The notes under the pieces: generated by a model
Told to the model about the DNA's origin: nothing
The model's database searches: none
Seen by the model: the letters and a program-made list of their open reading frames with translations, nothing else
In this document: positions 36,800 through 51,060 of the stretch, piece after piece
Position numbering within the stretch: position 1 is the stretch's first letter
Layout: every line of letters begins with the position of its first letter
Program-made: the position numbers and the translations under genes
Source of the DNA: Octopus sinensis
Taxonomy: Eukaryota
Reading direction: 5' to 3'
Assembly (NCBI RefSeq): GCF_006345805.1
Contig: NC_042997.1
Span: 159,092,001-159,156,000 of the forward strand
Length of the DNA: 64,000 nt

Positions 36800-37980
36800 G
36801 CTGAAATAAGAAATGTTTACAGAACAGGTTGGCTTTAGAAATAGACGTGGAACAAGAGATCATTCGCACAATCTGCACTCAATTTTAGGAAACATAAGAG
36901 CACACAACCTTACGACTTTCCTTTGCTACATTGACTTCAGAAAGGTTTGATTGTGCAAGTTATAGCCACCTGTGGTGCATTACGTCTTATCTCGGCATTC
37001 CGAAACATCTCATTAGCCTCATCAAGCAGCTTTACATTCAACAACAGTCCTGCATTCAAGTAAATAAGAAGATAGAAAAGTTCGATAATGGGAAAAGCGT
37101 TCATCAGGGCTGTATTCTTTCTTCATGTTTGTTCAACATTTACACTAAGTGGATAATACGAGAAGTAATACAGGAAGAAGATGGTATCAAAATACATGGC
37201 TTACATATTTCTAATCTAAGGCAGACGAAACTTTTCTACTTAGCGAGGCTGAAGCTAAACTACATGAAATGACGGTCTAGAATGCATCAAGTACACATGG
37301 TCTTTATTTCAAGCATAAGAAAACAAAAATCGTGGTTGCAGGAAAAGACAAAGTAAATGCTATCACCAAACTGGACAGTGAGAGGTTCGAGCAAGTTGAA
37401 TTGTACAAGTATCTTTGAGCTCAAAATATCTGATGCAGCCACGTATAAGAAAAATTAGAACACGGGTAGACATAGCAAGAACGTTCATAGAAAGACTTAA
37501 TAGCATCTGAAGCAGTAAAAGAGTCCGATCAAGGTTAAAAACAAGGCTAGTACGAATGATCATTTGGCCAATATATATTTATTGCTGTGAAACATGAACT
37601 CCGAACTAATCTGGAGAGAAAATAATCACTGCGTTTGAAATGTCAGTGCATAGGAGAATGTTACGAGTCTCTTACAAGGACCATCAGACAAATGAATGGG
37701 TGTAGTAACAAGTAAGTAAAAAAACAACTCCTGAACATTGGAGAAAAACAAAAGCCCGTCTATTATGGACATATCCAAATAAGTAAAAGTCTGGAAAATA
37801 TTATCATACAGGGAATGATAGAGGGTAGTCGATCAAGAGGCAGGCAAAGAACTCAATGGATGGACAATATCACAAGCTGGTTACACAAATGTAGAAAGGC
37901 AGCTGGAGGACACCGCTTTATATGGAAGTCTTTTGCTGTAATGTGATCAATTTGCTGCAGGCGCATGATGCATGATGACG
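36800..37980 (+). mobile_element. Decayed RTE-clade LINE (RT to 3' end)
   Basis: EQVGFRNRRGTRDH, IDFRK, VHQGCILSSCLFNIY, ISNLR, YCCET, IIIQGMIEGSRSRGRQRTQWMDNI. Confidence 0.88.
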
Positions 37981-38299
37981 AAGCAACTAACATCTTTACA
38001 ACTGTTTCGAACGGTCGATTATTAGTTCATATAACAAAGCTCATTATTCAAGTTGTGGCAATACTGAGACAGTATTTTAGTTATACATAAAAGCAAAGTA
38101 AGATAGCACGGATTTAATAGCTCCGTGCTGCAGAGTCACAGCACTCTCTTCGGCAGATCTAGAACAAATAACAATAGCACAAATGCGACGAGGGGCACAA
38201 GAGGTGAATATAAAGACAACGTGAGATAAACAAAAGTTCGAACAGTGATGGATAATGAACAAAATGTATGCACTCGAAAAACAGCAATATATATATATG

Positions 38300-39516
38300 C
38301 ACACACGTAGAAGTAAATTGACACCACCCTTATAATCGTTAAAATTTATTTAAATCTGAAATTATACATTCAAATTATTTGTTAATTACTATAATGCGAA
38401 TAATATTTAGTAGACATGCCTTTTGCATTTTTCAGTGCATTTTTCACTGCCTATTAGACATGACACAGATCAGATGAGGAATATTCTCTTAACGAATTTC
38501 ATGCCATGTTTCATGCAGTAATCACAAAAAAATCTGAATTTGAGGATGCTTTCTTGTTCTTTTTACAAAATGTCCTGTCCATTATTCCCCAGAGGTGTTC
38601 AGTAGGGTTCATATCTAGTGACTGGCTTGGCCATGGAAGCTTTCTAATGCCACTATCTTCCAATCAATCTTGGGTCTTATAAGCTGTATGTCAAGGAGCT
38701 CCATCTTCCATAAATAGAGAGCCTTCTTTAATCATTTCACCCCTGGAGAAGATTTGAAGGAGTCCTTTCTGCAATATGGGCACATATTTATCTGAGGTTA
38801 TCTTTCCTTCATACTCCACCCGCTCTGATCGACCATTGCTCCCTAGACCATCACAGAATAGCCACCATTGTTGGTTGCAGCCTTTGTACATCGGTTTTTT
38901 GATCACAGAGTCTCCAGACCCACACTCGACCACTGTCAGAATGTACTGCAAATCTGAACTCATCAGAGAATATGGTAGTGTCCCAAAATGCTAGTGACCT
39001 TTCCAACATCTTACTGGCCCAATCTTTTCTCCTCTTCATGTTGCCTGCTTGAAGAAGTGACTTCCTTCTTGCTGCTCTGCCATAGAAGCCAAGTTTGTGA
39101 AGATACTTGACAGCTGTTCTGAGACTGACATCCACATGTTTTGCTATGCCAGAGGCCTTGCAACGAGTATTATCCTCCACACTTCTCTTCACAAAGCGAA
39201 GAGTCCTGTCAGAGGGTCCTGGTTGACCTGAGCAAGTTGATGTAGACTCCTTCTTCTCTCTGGTGAATTGCACAATCCCTCTATTAACTGTAGATAGTAG
39301 GATCCCAATGTTATCTGCGATTTTACGTTGATTTCAGATTGATCCACAATACGGCCTCTTTGTAATTCGGACAATTTCAAGGCTTCTTTTGTACGTGGCA
39401 TGACTAAACAGTCACATGTAGAACTTGAAACAGAAATGTCAATTAATGAAAGATACAATCTTTCCAGGTTAAAATAAACATAAAGCGATGTTTTATGGGG
39501 TATCTATTTACTTATG

Positions 39517-39525
<9 letters not shown>
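38300..39525 (-). mobile_element. Tc1-like transposon, full length but pseudogenised
   Basis: MPRTKE..SELQRGRIV, ARRKSLL..RRKDWA, IFSDE..F..SDSGRVWVWR, FMEDGAP, WPSQSLDMNP.EHLWG; degenerate TIRs at ~38300-38330 and ~39495-39525. Confidence 0.9.
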
Positions 39526-39597
<72 letters not shown>

Positions 39598-39649
39598 TGC
39601 GTGTGTGTGCGTGCGTGTGTGCGTGTGTGTGTGTGCGTATGTGTGTGCT

Positions 39650-39950
39650 GTACCAAAGGTACTGTCCACAACAGGTACTGCAATAGCCTAGGGTTCAAAG
39701 GCCTATAGCTTTTCAATGCCTTGCCACAAAAATTCAGAAATCTGCATAAGGTGGAAGTAGACGACTTCAAAAAGGAACAAGACATCCTCCTCTCCACAAT
39801 ATCGGATGAACTAACGTTCCGACATGAGGTACAGACGAGGGCAACGGAATCAAGCTCCCTTATACACCAAATAGGCCCCAAAGCCTCGGCAAAAGCACAT
39901 ACAGGAGTGGTGATGTGAAACACCCCAGACTGAGGAAATTAGCAACACCA
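39650..39950 (+). mobile_element. CR1/Jockey-group LINE 3' fragment
   Basis: [19 protein letters not shown]...FKKEQDILLSTISDE...SSSLIHQI, the same region as 69-500. Confidence 0.7.
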
Positions 39951-40227
39951 CAGCGATGCTCCAGCATGGCTGCAACTGTATGGCTGAGACGCTTAAACGA
40001 GTAAAAGAGTATGTATGTAAGTATGTATGTATGTATGTATGTATGTAAGTATGTATGTATGTATGTATGTATGTATGTATGTGTGTATGTATGTATGTGT
40101 GTATGTATATAAATGAATGTGTTCTTATATATACGTATATATACATACATGCATATATATATATATATACATACACACACATACACACACATATATACAT
40201 ACACACACATACACACACACACACAGG

Positions 40228-40258
<31 letters not shown>

Positions 40259-40333
40259 TATATACGTATGTCTATATTTGTACGATTTATATGTGCAAGT
40301 GAGCTTATACGTGTGAGTTATGTTAGTGTATGG

Positions 40334-40375
<42 letters not shown>

Positions 40376-40707
40376 TCTTTAATGTATATACGAGTGAGTG
40401 TGTGTGTGTGTCCGGGTAAAAATGACACATCTTATAACTAGAGTGAATATAATTTACTAAACAAAAGTGGCATACACTTATTCAAATGGATGTATAGCGA
40501 TCCATTCCTACTTAATTATATGTATTGCTTCTATCATTATTATCATTATTATTGTAATCATTGTAATTATTTTCGATTTACTCTAATCTATTGTCACTTA
40601 GTATAGGTTTATATCAAAATAGTGTATGTGCACATCAACGTATCCACGTAAATCAATATCTGTATACCAATGCGTGTGTGTCAATATGAGCATGTGCTAT
40701 TGTGTGA

Positions 40708-40746
<39 letters not shown>

Positions 40747-41484
40747 TATACGTACGTAGGTGGTGTAAGCCATCGTGTCAATATGTTGGCCAAGGTGTGA
40801 AAGTGCGTGGAATTCAGTGAGCATATGCAACAACGTGTGTGTCTATTATCTGTATGTGTGTAAGTATGTAGGTATCAGTGTGTTCGTATACCAATGTGCG
40901 AGAGTCTGCCAGCGTATGTGAGTATGTAAATGTGTGTGATGGTTATACATTATCTCCAATTTGAAAGATTACATTATCATAGAATGGATTAAACGGCACT
41001 CCCTCTCTTTGTCTAACGATTTTATTGCATACTCTTGTATGTCTAATTTACTTGTTTATGTATTTTGTTTTGATAGCACTATCTATATATATCCGTTTTG
41101 ATTTATTGATACCACGTATGTTTCATTGTTTTATGTTTTTATCGGCCTATTTTATTGTACTAGTTTTCTTTTCCTTTCTTCCTTTTTTTCGGGGTGGGGA
41201 GAGGAGTGGTCTTCTCTCAATTTCTTTTGAAAATTGCTTCAAAATAGCAGACTTCCTGAAAATATTTCTTAATAGAACTGGATGAATTAAAGGGAAAAAA
41301 GAGCGAGGTACTTGGTCACCCGAGGAAAGGCAATCAGCACTTGTGATGCAAGGCAATTGATTGTACAGGTGCAGTTGAACCAATTGTAGCGGTTTTGAAT
41401 AAAGAATATCATGAATTCCATTTTCTGTCCCTGATGTATGTATGTATGTATGTATTTATATATCTCCTATTTTTAATTTTATAA

Positions 41485-42240
41485 ACCGCCCACTGAGGAG
41501 AGAGCCGGTTTTCAACAAAAATACAAGGCTCCATCTTTGGAATGTAGTTAACACAGACTAATTCATATTTGGAACTTGAGAAAAGTCTTGCATATTTTCA
41601 CTGTTCTACTCACAGATTGCACTTGTAATGTACGAATGAACTGGTCAGTTTCTCTTTCTGAAAATCCCAGTTTATCCAGATTCTCCTTTAAGCATTTACT
41701 AACAAAACCTAGAGCTCCAATTATTATTGGTATGAATATGAATTCATAGTCAGGTTATAGAAGCTGGAGGTTTCGAAGTAGTTGCTCATCCCATTTTTCT
41801 TTGATTTTCAAAGACATTTTTATATCTGCAAGGCAGCTGACCTCTATGACAGTAAACACCTTTGCCCCTCTGTCCCAAAGAACAATAACTGGCCTGTTAT
41901 GTTTACATATGACAAAAGTTTTGATGGGAATATTCCACCAATATTCCTTGAGGTGTGTTCGTGAATGCATTCAATAACAGAAGGATTTTCTAAATTTATT
42001 TCAAGTCAGTCTTTTTTTTTTGCGGATGGCATTGTAAATTGTTTTAGCGACAACATCGTGCCGTATATGGAGGTAGTACCGTAATGACATTTCAGGACAG
42101 CTGCTAATAACATGCGTGATGTCTTCCACAGAAACAAGACATAGCCTACACATGCAGTTGTACCTCGGGGTTACAAGAGCGTCACTGTCTCTCTTCACCA
42201 GGTACTCTGTGGCAATCTCCTGTTCTTGGGTTGCAAACAC
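41485..42240 (-). mobile_element. RLE (R4-like) LINE 3' portion, same family as 23185-23640
   Basis: FATQEQEIAT, CRLC...EDITHVISSCP...IRHDVVAK, EYWWNIPIKT..HNRP.IVLWD..IEVSC, LLRNLQLL. Confidence 0.88.
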
Positions 42241-42319
42241 GTACGTATGTATGTATGTATGTATGTATGTATGTATGTATGTATGTATGTATGTATGTAT
42301 GTATGTATGTATGTATGTA

Positions 42320-42840
42320 TGAGGACAGTTGATATCTTGAGAATTGAGGCGATGGTACACAAGCACCGGTTGCATTGGACTGGACACCTTATTAGAATGG
42401 AGGATAGAAGGATTCCTAAGCAGATGCTCTATGGAGAACTTGTGAATGGAAGGAGACTCCGGCAGAAACCAAGGCTGCGATTTAAGGGCTGTGTCAAGTC
42501 CTCGTTAAAGGCCTTTGATATGCAGGACACTGACTGGGAGAACAATGCCTGTCATCGCCACAGATGGAGGAAGCAGGTTAAGGAGGGGACCGACACTTTT
42601 GAGAGAGCACGTATCCAGCATGAAGAACTTAAGCGAGCTGCGCGAAAGCGCACGGCTCGTATAATGAATGGGGAAAGCTTGGTCTGCAATGTTTGCAGTC
42701 GTGTATGCTTGTCAAGAGCAGGGCTCATTAGCCACCAACCGAGCCGCAAATGCAAAATATAAGTTAGTCCTAGAGCGCACAATGTTCCTAAAGGTCGGCA
42801 ATGGTCTTCCTCGGTCACGAGTGGACGGCCATCATCATCA
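42320..42840 (+). mobile_element. RTE-BovB-like LINE 3' end inserted in (TATG)n
   Basis: RLHWTGHLIRMEDRRIPKQMLYGEL..PRLRFKGCVK, C-terminal CNVCSRVCLSRAGLISH finger, (CAT)n tail. Confidence 0.9.
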
Positions 42841-43284
42841 TGTATGTATGCGTTTATACATACCTTTTAATTTTTATCTTTTACTCGTTTTTGTCATTAG
42901 ACTGCAGCTATGCTGAAACGCCGCTTTAACGAGTTTAGTCAAACAAATCTATCCCAGTACTTTGTTTTAAAAAGTCTGTTTTATGGATGAAGGTCAATGT
43001 TGTTGCAAAGATTCGAAATCAAAAATTGAAAAAATAAAACGAATATAGGACAGCATGTTGTTCAACTCTTTGTAGAATCTGACATATCAGAACAATTCGA
43101 CTTATTCTATCGGCTTGTTATTGCCAAACTGCTAAGTTATGGTGACGTAAACAAACCAGCGCCGGTTGCCAAGCGGTAGTGGAGGACAAATAAAAATACA
43201 AAGACACACACCCATAGTTACATGCAAGTACGTATGTGTGTGTGTGAATGTATGTATGTATATGTATATATGTATTTGTGTGTG

Positions 43285-43335
<51 letters not shown>

Positions 43336-43407
43336 ATATATATATATAATTGGAAAAGTAATGCAAATAAAAATATGGTAAAAAATACCTATGTACATTT
43401 ATACTCT

Positions 43408-43713
<306 letters not shown>

Positions 43714-44507
43714 CATACATGCATATATGGGTACAGGACGTCACCAAGGGTGCAAATGACATGAAATACGTAAACAAACGAGGGAAAAAAGTGTGGAATA
43801 CGTGAACAAAGATAAACATAGAAAACAGGACAAGTGAACACAGAGAAGTGACACTTCATCAGTTGTCGGCGGTTTATCTAATCCTCATTTTGAGCATTCA
43901 ATGACAATATGAGTCTTCAAAGACAGTTGCTCTCATAAATTCTAAAATAAAATTTAGGATTTACGGCGGGTCAAACAAAAAAATGACAGTGGAGACATAC
44001 AAAGAAACCGAACGAAAACAAACATGGAGGGTTGTTATACCAGAACGAAAGGAAAAGAGTGAAGGCAGGAAGAAACATTTCTTTTTTCTATTTTTGAAAA
44101 GAGAAAAGATAGAAGAGAGAGAGAAAACACGTCCGTCCTTTTTAAAGTCCGTGCAAGAAAAGAAAGACGGTCACGTGAGGAAAAGAAAGATGAACGATGG
44201 TCACGTGTGAGCAACGAGAGAGAAAGAAGGGAGGGAGAGAGAGAGAGAAAAGAGAAAGATGGGACAGAGAGACAAAGAAAATAGTGAAGGAGGGAGAGGA
44301 AAAAAGGGAATTAGAGAAGTATGGAGGAATAAAACAGTAGAGAGTAGAGAGTGCAACAAAAAGGTGGAGATAAACTTATTTGGAAATGGATGCGACGCGT
44401 TCAATTAAATAATAGTAAATAAGATAGATAGACAGATAGATACTAATACATTTTTTTGTTGTCTACACTACCTGCCTTCGTATTTTCTTTTTCGTTTTTG
44501 TGAATTC

Positions 44508-44550
<43 letters not shown>

Positions 44551-44989
44551 GGCGGGCTTCTCCCAGTTTCCGTCTACCAAATCCACTCACACGTCTTTGT
44601 TCTGCCCGAGGCTATAGTGGAATACACTTACCCAAGGTACCACACAGTAGAACTGATCCTGGAACCATGTAGTTGGGAAGCAAAACTTCTTACCACACGC
44701 ATGAACCTATGCTTTAAAAAAAAACACAAAAATAGATGGCCATATCTTGATTGTCTTTGACGATAGGTCGTCTCAGTCATTGCTCACCCTGGGCTAAACA
44801 ACAATAATGACGTCTTTCGCTTGTTTTATTTAAAGAAAAACACATTTATGAAAGCTTATGTATTCTATACTGTGTAATCTTTGTTCTGAATTACATATAA
44901 ACTTTAAATCTCTAAATAACCAGTCGATATTTGTAGGAAGTCAACGTTATTTTTTTATGGTTTGCTTGTGTTTATTTTGCGCGTGCGTG

Positions 44990-45024
<35 letters not shown>

Positions 45025-45386
45025 AGGTATTTATGTGGCTTTGTTTTTCTTTTTTTTTTTTCATTATCACAGAAACCACGGAGTGGTTCTAACTTAAGCA
45101 ACTACTTGACATTTCCCGCCAAGCAATATAATAAATCATGTGATACATCTTCGGAGAGATACAATGCAGAAAGATGTAGAAACAAGTATAGTGTAACATT
45201 ATTCGATTATGTGGCCTTTCAATGGAACACGTACGGAAAATGCATTGTTGAAGAGGAGAATAAACTGACATCTATAACATTTTCGAATAATAAGCGGAGA
45301 GAAATAAGGAGTAAGTATCAAAAAAGAGAGAGAGATATGCAAAGAAAAACCGAGAAAGAGAGAGGGAGAGAGAGATAATAGAGGAA

Positions 45387-45421
<35 letters not shown>

Positions 45422-45806
45422 TGTGTGTGTGTGTGTGAAGGATGTGAGAACGAGAGAGAGAGAGAGAATAATTGGTTTTAGTATATAACAAATAACCTCT
45501 TAATCTCAATACAACACAATGGAACACTCGTTCTGAGATACGCTGTTGTAATTCTCGGAGTGCCGTGATTTACGACATGACTTATAACAATTAAGGGATA
45601 CTGTAAAGCAATTATGGAACACCTGAACAATTTTCGATCTAATTAAACTGGCTTGTTCCGACTGACAGTCTGTTTCTCTAGTCGGTCATTCTGTCTGGTG
45701 TCACTTCCTCTCTTCCACTCTCTTTTTCTCTTTTTTTTTTTTCTCTCTCTCTCTCTCCCTCTCTCTCTTTGTATGTATGTATATATACATATATACATAT
45801 ACATAT

Positions 45807-45930
<124 letters not shown>

Positions 45931-47018
45931 CCTCACTCATTTAGTCTATGTGTGTCCAATATGTGAGCATGGCCGTACAGTTAAGAAGTTTGCTTCACTT
46001 TTTGTTATTTTGGGTTCGATCCTACTAAGGGGCACTATACTTTACCACAGCAAGGAAACTGTGCATTAGTCCATCAGAAAATTTATACCAGCTCTTCAGT
46101 GGATTTTTAATCCTTCGACGTTCAGTATTTTTAGCAGAGTTCAACCTGTTGCCAACATTCATATCAGGTCTCTGGTCCGGTGGTAGGTCAGTATATTCAG
46201 GTACTGATCCCTACAACAGTAACATATTGTGGGCTTTTCCTCTATTTCTTCCTACCAGTCTTGAAGTCCTGATCAAGTGTGCAACCCTTTTTCTTCTGAC
46301 AGCTATAAATAACAAGATGTTTAAAAAAGTATGTAGATAATTAATTGAAAACTGTTTACGTTTTGTCATCTGATGTGTTGATGGGTCACTAATGAAGGTT
46401 TTGTGTTCGAATAGCCTACCCAAAATAAGACATTTAGTCGGAGGCTATCCGTCTCCGAATTTTTACTACGACTCAACATATGCTTACGGCGTCAAGGTGA
46501 AGTGAATTAAACTAGTTAGAAATTCAAAATAGATTGTCATTTGGCTCGAAGCGAATTTAACACTACTCTTTTTTGATTCGAAAATAACAGATTCTCTTGC
46601 ATCTCAGGAAAAAATTACTTTCTTAGAATATAGTTATACAGAATTATTGCCAAAACTTATTTCTTTCTAAACTATTACCTACATCTGAATACTTACCAAT
46701 CACTTCAGTGCGTACAAAGCTCTGTTCACACTAACCCGACTAACGTGTTACAGTGAACAGACAATGCATTTACGATATCGGTGATCAAGCATAGAAGTGG
46801 TATAAACGGGACAGTACCTGACTGAATGCTTAGAAGTATTTATGTCTCTTTAAGTTCTGAATACCTATCCTTCTGAGGTCGACTTTGTTTTTATCCAAGA
46901 CACATCCTAAAGTTGCGGATAATCTGTTGCATCTTTTCACAACAGATATATGCAGGATTGGAAGTTTCAGCTTACAATATGTTGGTTTCTTCGATTCAAT
47001 ATCAACTGAAACATCTGT

Positions 47019-47420
47019 GAGGTAAGTAGCTTGCTTACCAACCACATGGTTCGGGGTTCAGTCCCACTGCGTGGCACATTGGACAAGTGTTTTCTACTAT
47101 AACCTTGGGCCGACCAAAGCCTTGTGAGTGGATTTAGTAGACGGAAACTGAAAGAAGCCCGTCGTATATATGTATATATGTGTGTGTGTGTATGTGTGTG
47201 TGTGTGTGTGTGTGTGTTTGTGTGTCTGTGTTTGTCCCCCATCATCGCTTGACAACTGATGCTGGTGTGTTTACGTCCCCGTAACATAGCGGTTTGGCAA
47301 AAGAGACCGATAAAATAAGTACTAGGCTTACAAAGAATAAGTCCTGAGATCAATTTCTTCGACTAAAGGCGGTGCTCCAGCATGGCCGCCGTCAAATGAC
47401 TGAAACAAGTAAAAGAGTAA
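47019..47420 (+). mobile_element. SINE family A, near full length
   Basis: GGTAAGTAGCTTGCTTACCAACCACATGGTT..GGGTTCAGTCCCACTG...CCAGCATGGCCGC.GTCAAATGACTGAAACAAGTAAAAGA. Confidence 0.9.
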
Positions 47421-48359
47421 TGTTCTTTCGACCAGCATGAACATCACAACATTCCATCTGAGCCCCTATTAAAATACCTACTAAAAGCATATGTTGCTGG
47501 TGAGTAGCGAAAATTAAGTAGTAAGATCACAGTGGGACGTATCTGCGACGACTCTGTTTCCATTCTCTGTTATTTTATTTCTGTCATTCCATTTTATTTA
47601 TGTTGTTTAATTTTACCTTCCGAGAAACGTGCGTTTTCTACTTCCCAGAAAAGTACGAAATTCACCATTTAACTCTGCACAAAGTTATATGTCATCAATA
47701 GAAGACGCCGTGAATAGAGAAAGAATGGAACTAATATATCATCGTGAAGTAACAATAAAATGTGCAATTAGTTCTTACTCCAGCTTGTTCACATTCAAAT
47801 CCATTAATGTCAACATTTACGTCCTTTCGAACGAAAACAGCAGAAGGTGACATAAAGTCTATGTGATAAAATAGTTATAAACTCAAAAGAAAAGAAACAC
47901 TTATGTGATATGAGTAATCAGGCGGATAATTAAGTTAGGTTCTGACGATAATGGCCATATAAAAGACACTATGTGTTCTGTCAGCTTTTACTGCCATTTT
48001 TATTCGGTTATTTATACACAATTGAGATCTAAATTTTAAATTGATATCCAATTATTTTGACTTGACGGGAGCGTTCAGTTTTATGAGTGGTGAGAAAAGG
48101 GATTAGTTACTGGGTATACATTCCCAATGAAAGGAATTGTCAACAATTTCATGTGGATTTTGTCTTTCATTGAACTGCTTGGCGTCTTGAATAAGATTTG
48201 TAATCATAGCTTCAGGTCAAAACGAGGCATGTTTAGTGAAATTGGCTCGTTAGAAGCTGTACTGAAACCCGAAGGATGGATTGCTTGATAGCAACTATAA
48301 TTTATTACACGATTCAGCATCACCTCTTTAGCAGTGGGTGCTTTTTAGAAGAGTCAGTT

Positions 48360-48579
48360 TTGTTGTTGTTGTTGTTGTTGTTGTTGTTAAGCAACAAGAC
48401 GGGTAAGGGTGATTAGGTGATGGTCTAGGTCTTAGGGGCGGGAGACCGCAGACCTTGGAAAAAAAAACTTTGGTCGTCTTGTTGTAGTCGAGGGCTCTTC
48501 GTTGACGCCCGACACCACTGGGAGGTGGCCCTCGAAGTCGCTGGAAATGGAGATCTCCAGGTCTAAATTCTTCAACGGC
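48360..48579 (-). mobile_element. ~200-bp (CAA)n-tailed SINE-like element, copy 2
   Basis: Family match; TSD AGTCAGTTTTGTTG at 48352-48365 and 48580-48593. Confidence 0.9.
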
Positions 48580-49794
48580 AGTCAGTTTTGTTGCAAGCTT
48601 TGAGATTAGGCTTCTGATTGAAGTTAACTAAATACATTGATACACTTCATACGGCAGTAGCCCATGGTTCGTGCGTTCCTTCTTCTCTCCTAACCCCACC
48701 AGTTTCGGAAATCCTGTGAAAAAGAAATTTGTTAACCATTTTATTTTTTTATTCAATCACTAAAGAAATATTGAAATCAAATAGGCTCATCTGAAAATCA
48801 TTTTTACAGGACATTCACTACGTTCGTTAAAACACAGAAATGTCCTTATTTTTCTCGAGGCATATTACATTAGATATACATGAAAAATGAAATGGTTAAC
48901 TCTTCAAATCAAAAATCAAGTTATTCATTCCACTCATTACGAGTTAAATATTGTTATACAATAAGAGCTTCAGCAAATATTCACTCAAAATTTCATAAAA
49001 ATATTCACTAACATTTACGTAAGCGACCCGATTCAGATGTTTCTTCTGATGTGAGAACAGGATGGTGTAAATATGTCGATATCTTCGACCTCACTGAGCT
49101 TTACATATTAGTTGTTTTTGAATGAAAGGTTTCAATCTCTCATCTTTGAATAGTACAGAGTGTCAAACTGGGGCATCAGAAGACACGCCCCTAAATTAGC
49201 TAACGAAGGACATCATGCAAGCTGTGACTTGTAATCACTATACAAATTTGACTGTAATCAACTTACTAGAAGTTACTTTCGATTTAGGTTCTAGTTCATA
49301 AAGCTTTTCAGTAAAGTAAATTAGAGACTCGTTTACATTAACACTACATTGTTTCATTCCTGTCTCGGTGTTCAGAAACATAGTAAAAACTGCATGAAAG
49401 TCTCAAGTGCGTCCGTATCAGGGGGCATACCTACTAAAAAGTATGTGGTAGCAAAAAACACCCTTGAGTTTCGTGGGCTCAAACAGAAGATTACTTAGAT
49501 ACCCAGCTTAGAAAGGACATCGTAAAATCCTTTGGTTCACACTCGCTGTCTATTCAAATGTTAAATCCATCAAAGGTAAAGCCTTCGTTAGAATAGTTGA
49601 AGATATTATTCACACGCACGCACACGCACACACTCACACACACACACACACTCACACACACACAGTGGAAACTATATACTGGGGTCGATCTGTTCAAAGG
49701 CAGTGCCCCAGCATGGCCACGGTCCAGTAGCTGAAATGGGTATAAAATAAAAGACTCTTGTGTGAGGGGGCGTGTGTGTTTGTGTGCGTGTGTG

Positions 49795-50102
49795 AAGGCG
49801 CGTGGCTTCATGGTTAGGGTATTAGGCTCATGATTGTAAGGTTGTGAGTTCGATTCCAGGTGCAAGTTATATCTCTTGAGCAAGATACTTTATTTTGCGT
49901 TACTCCAGTTCATTCAATTAGAATAAATGAGTTGTGCTCGTTATTCAAAGAGCCAGCCTTGTCGCATCCTGTGTCCCACGCTGAATCTCCCTTAAGGGTA
50001 CGCACGTCTGTGGAGAGCTCAGCCACTTGCACGATCATTTCATGAGCAGTCTGTTCCATTGATCGATTAAGCTAGAGCATTCATCGTCGTAACCGACGGA
50101 GT
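49795..50102 (+). mobile_element. tRNA-derived SINE family C; related heads at ~28225-28340, 51630-51760, 52905-53010, 55150-55270
   Basis: A-box GTGGCTTCATGGTTAG, B-box GAGTTCGATTCC, then CTTGAGCAAG core. Confidence 0.75.
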
Positions 50103-50143
50103 ACAAAGTACACACACACACATCACACACATTATATATAGTA

Positions 50144-50255
50144 GAAGAAGAAGAAGAAGAAGAAGAAGAAGAAGAAGAAGAAGAAGAAGAGAAGAAGAAG
50201 AAGAAGAAGAAGAAGAAGAAGAAGAAGAAGAAGAAGAAGAAGAAGAAGAAGAAGA
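50144..50255. repeat. (GAA)n microsatellite
   Basis: Direct reading. Confidence 0.95.
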
Positions 50256-50269
50256 ATGCGGGAGTGCCA

Positions 50270-51060
50270 TGATAGTAGTATGTTAATGGTCAAGTGCCTT
50301 GAAAGTGTCCCGTTGTGGATGGTAGTAGTGACTGAATTCCTGAAACATCTCTTTTGAATGTTTTGTATATAAAATCTACGTAGGTGTTATTCTAACCAGC
50401 AATAATGGTAAAGTTAGGAAGGAGGTGGCGGAGAGGAAGAAGACGAAGAAGAAGAAAGAGAATGGAGAATAAGAAGGAATGTAGGTAGTAAGGTGTTGAA
50501 TGGTCAAGTGACCTAAAAGTGAATCGTTATGGAACTGTTTTTAATGAATTCTTGGGAATCTCTTGAGTGTATTATGTCGTTTGTTGTAGACGCGTTCAAA
50601 AGGGGTCTGTATTTTTCAATAAAGAGAGTCTCTTTATTAATTCGTTGGTTACAAGTTGTATCGTCCCTGAATTGGTAGAGGGGAAAATTCTGAAACTTGG
50701 ATTTTTGTTATTGGCGCAAATGTGTATGTGTTGGCCGAATGCTATTTTTCTATTTTGGGGAATTTTGATTTAGAATCTGTGCAGAGCCCTTCTTTTACGT
50801 AAACTGTTTTTTGTTTGGCCTATGTATTGCCCTTGACACCCAGAACAGGTTAGTGCGTATATATGAGGTTCTCCGAAGTACATGTGAAGTTGCTTTTCAC
50901 TGTGAAACGTTGTCCCTGTTTGAAGGAGAACTCTGATCCCGCAATTAAATTGACGCATATCCCACAGTTGGGTCTTCCGCATTTTTTACTGGCGGCTTCT
51001 GTGTTGTTGAGCGTATTCGGGCTTATGTTAGACTTTTCATAGATTTGGGCTGTCTCTTTT
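50270..51060 (-). mobile_element. Penelope-like element remnant (Cys linker plus GIY-YIG; Neptune-like)
   Basis: KCGRPNCGIC...FTCTSENLIY/ALTCSGCQGQYIGQTKNSLRKRRALHR...HIHIC..FRIFP. Confidence 0.88.

Noticed and set aside
41200-41420. Further possible GIY-YIG remnants (also 8160-8335) and R4 fragments (15780-16300)
   Set aside because: Only faint motif echoes; they cannot be supported without a translated search.
46046-46210. Possible 165-nt minus-strand exon (AG|GSVPEYTDLPPDQRPD...SFLAV|GT)
   Set aside because: The frame is open and has AG/GT ends, but the acceptor is weak and no homology is recognisable; it needs RNA-seq evidence.
50560-51060. Selenocysteine-encoding (Naiad-type) PLE
   Set aside because: No TGA was seen at conserved Cys positions and no SECIS was identified; the disruptions look like ordinary decay.
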